Origin: a virus
Lineage: Duplodnaviria > Caudoviricetes
Virus record (IMG/VR): IMGVR_UViG_3300012940_000010
Span: 1-44,361 of that record
Direction: 5' to 3' (one strand)
DNA length: 44,361 nt
Shown here: positions 43,223-44,361 of the stretch, in pieces
How the letters are laid out: each line of letters starts with the position of its first letter
Position numbering within the stretch: the stretch's first letter is position 1
Notes under the pieces: model-generated
Seen by the model: the letters and a program-made list of their open reading frames with translations, nothing else
Told to the model about the DNA's origin: nothing
Databases searched by the model: none
Program-made: the position numbers and the translations under genes

Positions 43223-43641
43223 TATGCGGCCCTCTCAATCTCAAGTGGATCTATTGCGTAATTGTCGGATAGGAACCGAATTGCGCGGTCGAAAAACCCA
43301 GTAAATTCGGCCTCCGTCATTTTCTCGAAAGCGATAGAGGCTGGTACCAGAACGGTAAGACCGTTCCCTAGGCGCACTGGAGTTCCGTAGCCCAACTCAA
43401 GCTTCAAAGCGGCATGCAAGTGTTCTGGCGTCGGAGCGCACTCTGTCGCATCGACAACCTTAGAAAGAACAGTCCAGTACAGGCGGAGCCGTGGCAGGGA
43501 GCGGAACTCCTTGATCTCCACCTTCACCCGCTGGCCCTGCGCAACGCCGTCGAGCGCGCGCAAGTCCATCTCAAGTTCAGGGTGGAGAGCGTTCCCACGC
43601 CGGCAAAAGGCATAGACGGGCTTTTCTTTCTTCGCGGCCAT
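43222..43641 (-). CDS. DUF1367/NinB-like recombination accessory protein
   Basis: RSLPRLRLYW...LHAALKLELG...PASIAFEKMTEAEFTGFF. Confidence 0.75.
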   Translation of the reverse strand: MAAKKEKPVYAFCRRGNALHPELEMDLRALDGVAQGQRVKVEIKEFRSLPRLRLYWTVLSKVVDATECAPTPEHLHAALKLELGYGTPVRLGNGLTVLVPASIAFEKMTEAEFTGFFDRAIRFLSDNYAIDPLEIERAA

Positions 43642-43659
43642 GTCCCTCGTGCCTCCGCG

Positions 43660-44127
43660 CTATTTCCAGCTTGGCGCGAAGGGCACTTCATCCCCGAGAT
43701 CGACCGGCTGCTGTCCATACCCGCTCGACTGATCCGCGTAGGACTGGCTCTGCTGGCGGGGCTGGCCTTCGGAAGCGCCCTTGGTGTCGAGCATCTGAAG
43801 CTCGCCACGGAACTTCTGCAAAACCACTTCCGTCGAGTAGCGGTCCTGACCTGACTGGTCTTGCCATTTGCGCGTCTGCAGTGAGCCAGACACGTAAACC
43901 TGCGAACCCTTCTTCAGGTACTGCTCGGCAACCTTCCCGATTTGCTCGTTGAAGATCACGACGTTCACCCATTCGGTACGCTCGCGTCGCTCACCCGAAT
44001 TGCGGTCACGCCATGTTTCAGAAACAGCCAGACGCATGTTGATGACCGGATCGCCTGACGCCATGCGCCTGACTTCGGGATCAGCGCCAAGACGGCCAAT
44101 GAGGTCTACGCGGTTGAGAGATGCCAT
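43660..44127 (-). CDS. ssb: single-stranded DNA-binding protein
   Basis: [18 protein letters not shown]...[19 protein letters not shown]...DEVPF. Confidence 0.97.
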   Translation of the reverse strand: MASLNRVDLIGRLGADPEVRRMASGDPVINMRLAVSETWRDRNSGERRERTEWVNVVIFNEQIGKVAEQYLKKGSQVYVSGSLQTRKWQDQSGQDRYSTEVVLQKFRGELQMLDTKGASEGQPRQQSQSYADQSSGYGQQPVDLGDEVPFAPSWK

Positions 44128-44132
44128 GTGGG

Positions 44133-44361
44133 TTATCCTGCCTGTATTGGATGGAGGGTTTCGTTCACCACGCGAGCGCCTGCGAACTGGTTCTGTATTT
44201 CGGAAACCGTGTCGTTCTCGGCCTCCACCTTCGCGGAGACGTCCTTCTCGTAACCGGCAAACAGATCGGCCAAGGCTGCGAGAAAGGCTTTATTCCAGCC
44301 ATTCTTGACGGCTTCCGCGCGATACGAGGCTTTCAGTTCCTCGAATTGCCCGAAGGTCGAA
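44133..44361 (-). CDS. Rad52/Sak-family recombinase, 3' part (joins 1-663 through the terminal overlap)
   Basis: Frame continues [43 protein letters not shown] and ends 5 nt before ssb. Confidence 0.88.
   Translation of the reverse strand, partial: STFGQFEELKASYRAEAVKNGWNKAFLAALADLFAGYEKDVSAKVEAENDTVSEIQNQFAGARVVNETLHPIQAG

Overview
The window is a complete, circularly permuted genome (about 44.26 kb; bases 1-97 recur at 44265-44361) of a temperate podovirus, most likely infecting a Rhizobiales host. The host call rests on alphaproteobacterial LexA boxes and an attP core matching a rhizobial tRNA-Cys 3' end. The layout is lambdoid. A leftward early arm carries a Rad52/Sak annealase spanning the junction, ssb, DUF1367-like and HNH genes, Lar, many small ORFs, an integrase and attP. 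The immunity region has a short non-cleavable cI and cro. The rightward early arm has an MTase, RusA, a DnaA-domain-IV-like protein and a DUF6456/Q-like regulator. These are followed by a late promoter with a long structured leader, a P22-like terminase, portal, DUF5309/SU10-type capsid, podoviral tail and ejection proteins, two tail fibres, a GH19 lysis cassette, a trypsin-like protease and a metallophosphoesterase. Most notable observations: (1) an antisense sulfotransferase-like two-gene moron next to the tail fibre; (2) a replication initiator apparently split into an HTH+ori piece and a C-terminal piece 5 kb apart; (3) an unrecognised 27-aa repeat present both alone and fused to an Ig domain; (4) two LexA-box-controlled antisense cassettes (antirepressor candidates plus a small membrane peptide); (5) a gene interrupted in frame by a 75-nt structured segment; (6) a roughly 430-nt highly structured late leader. 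All family calls come from motif recognition by eye, not from database searches.
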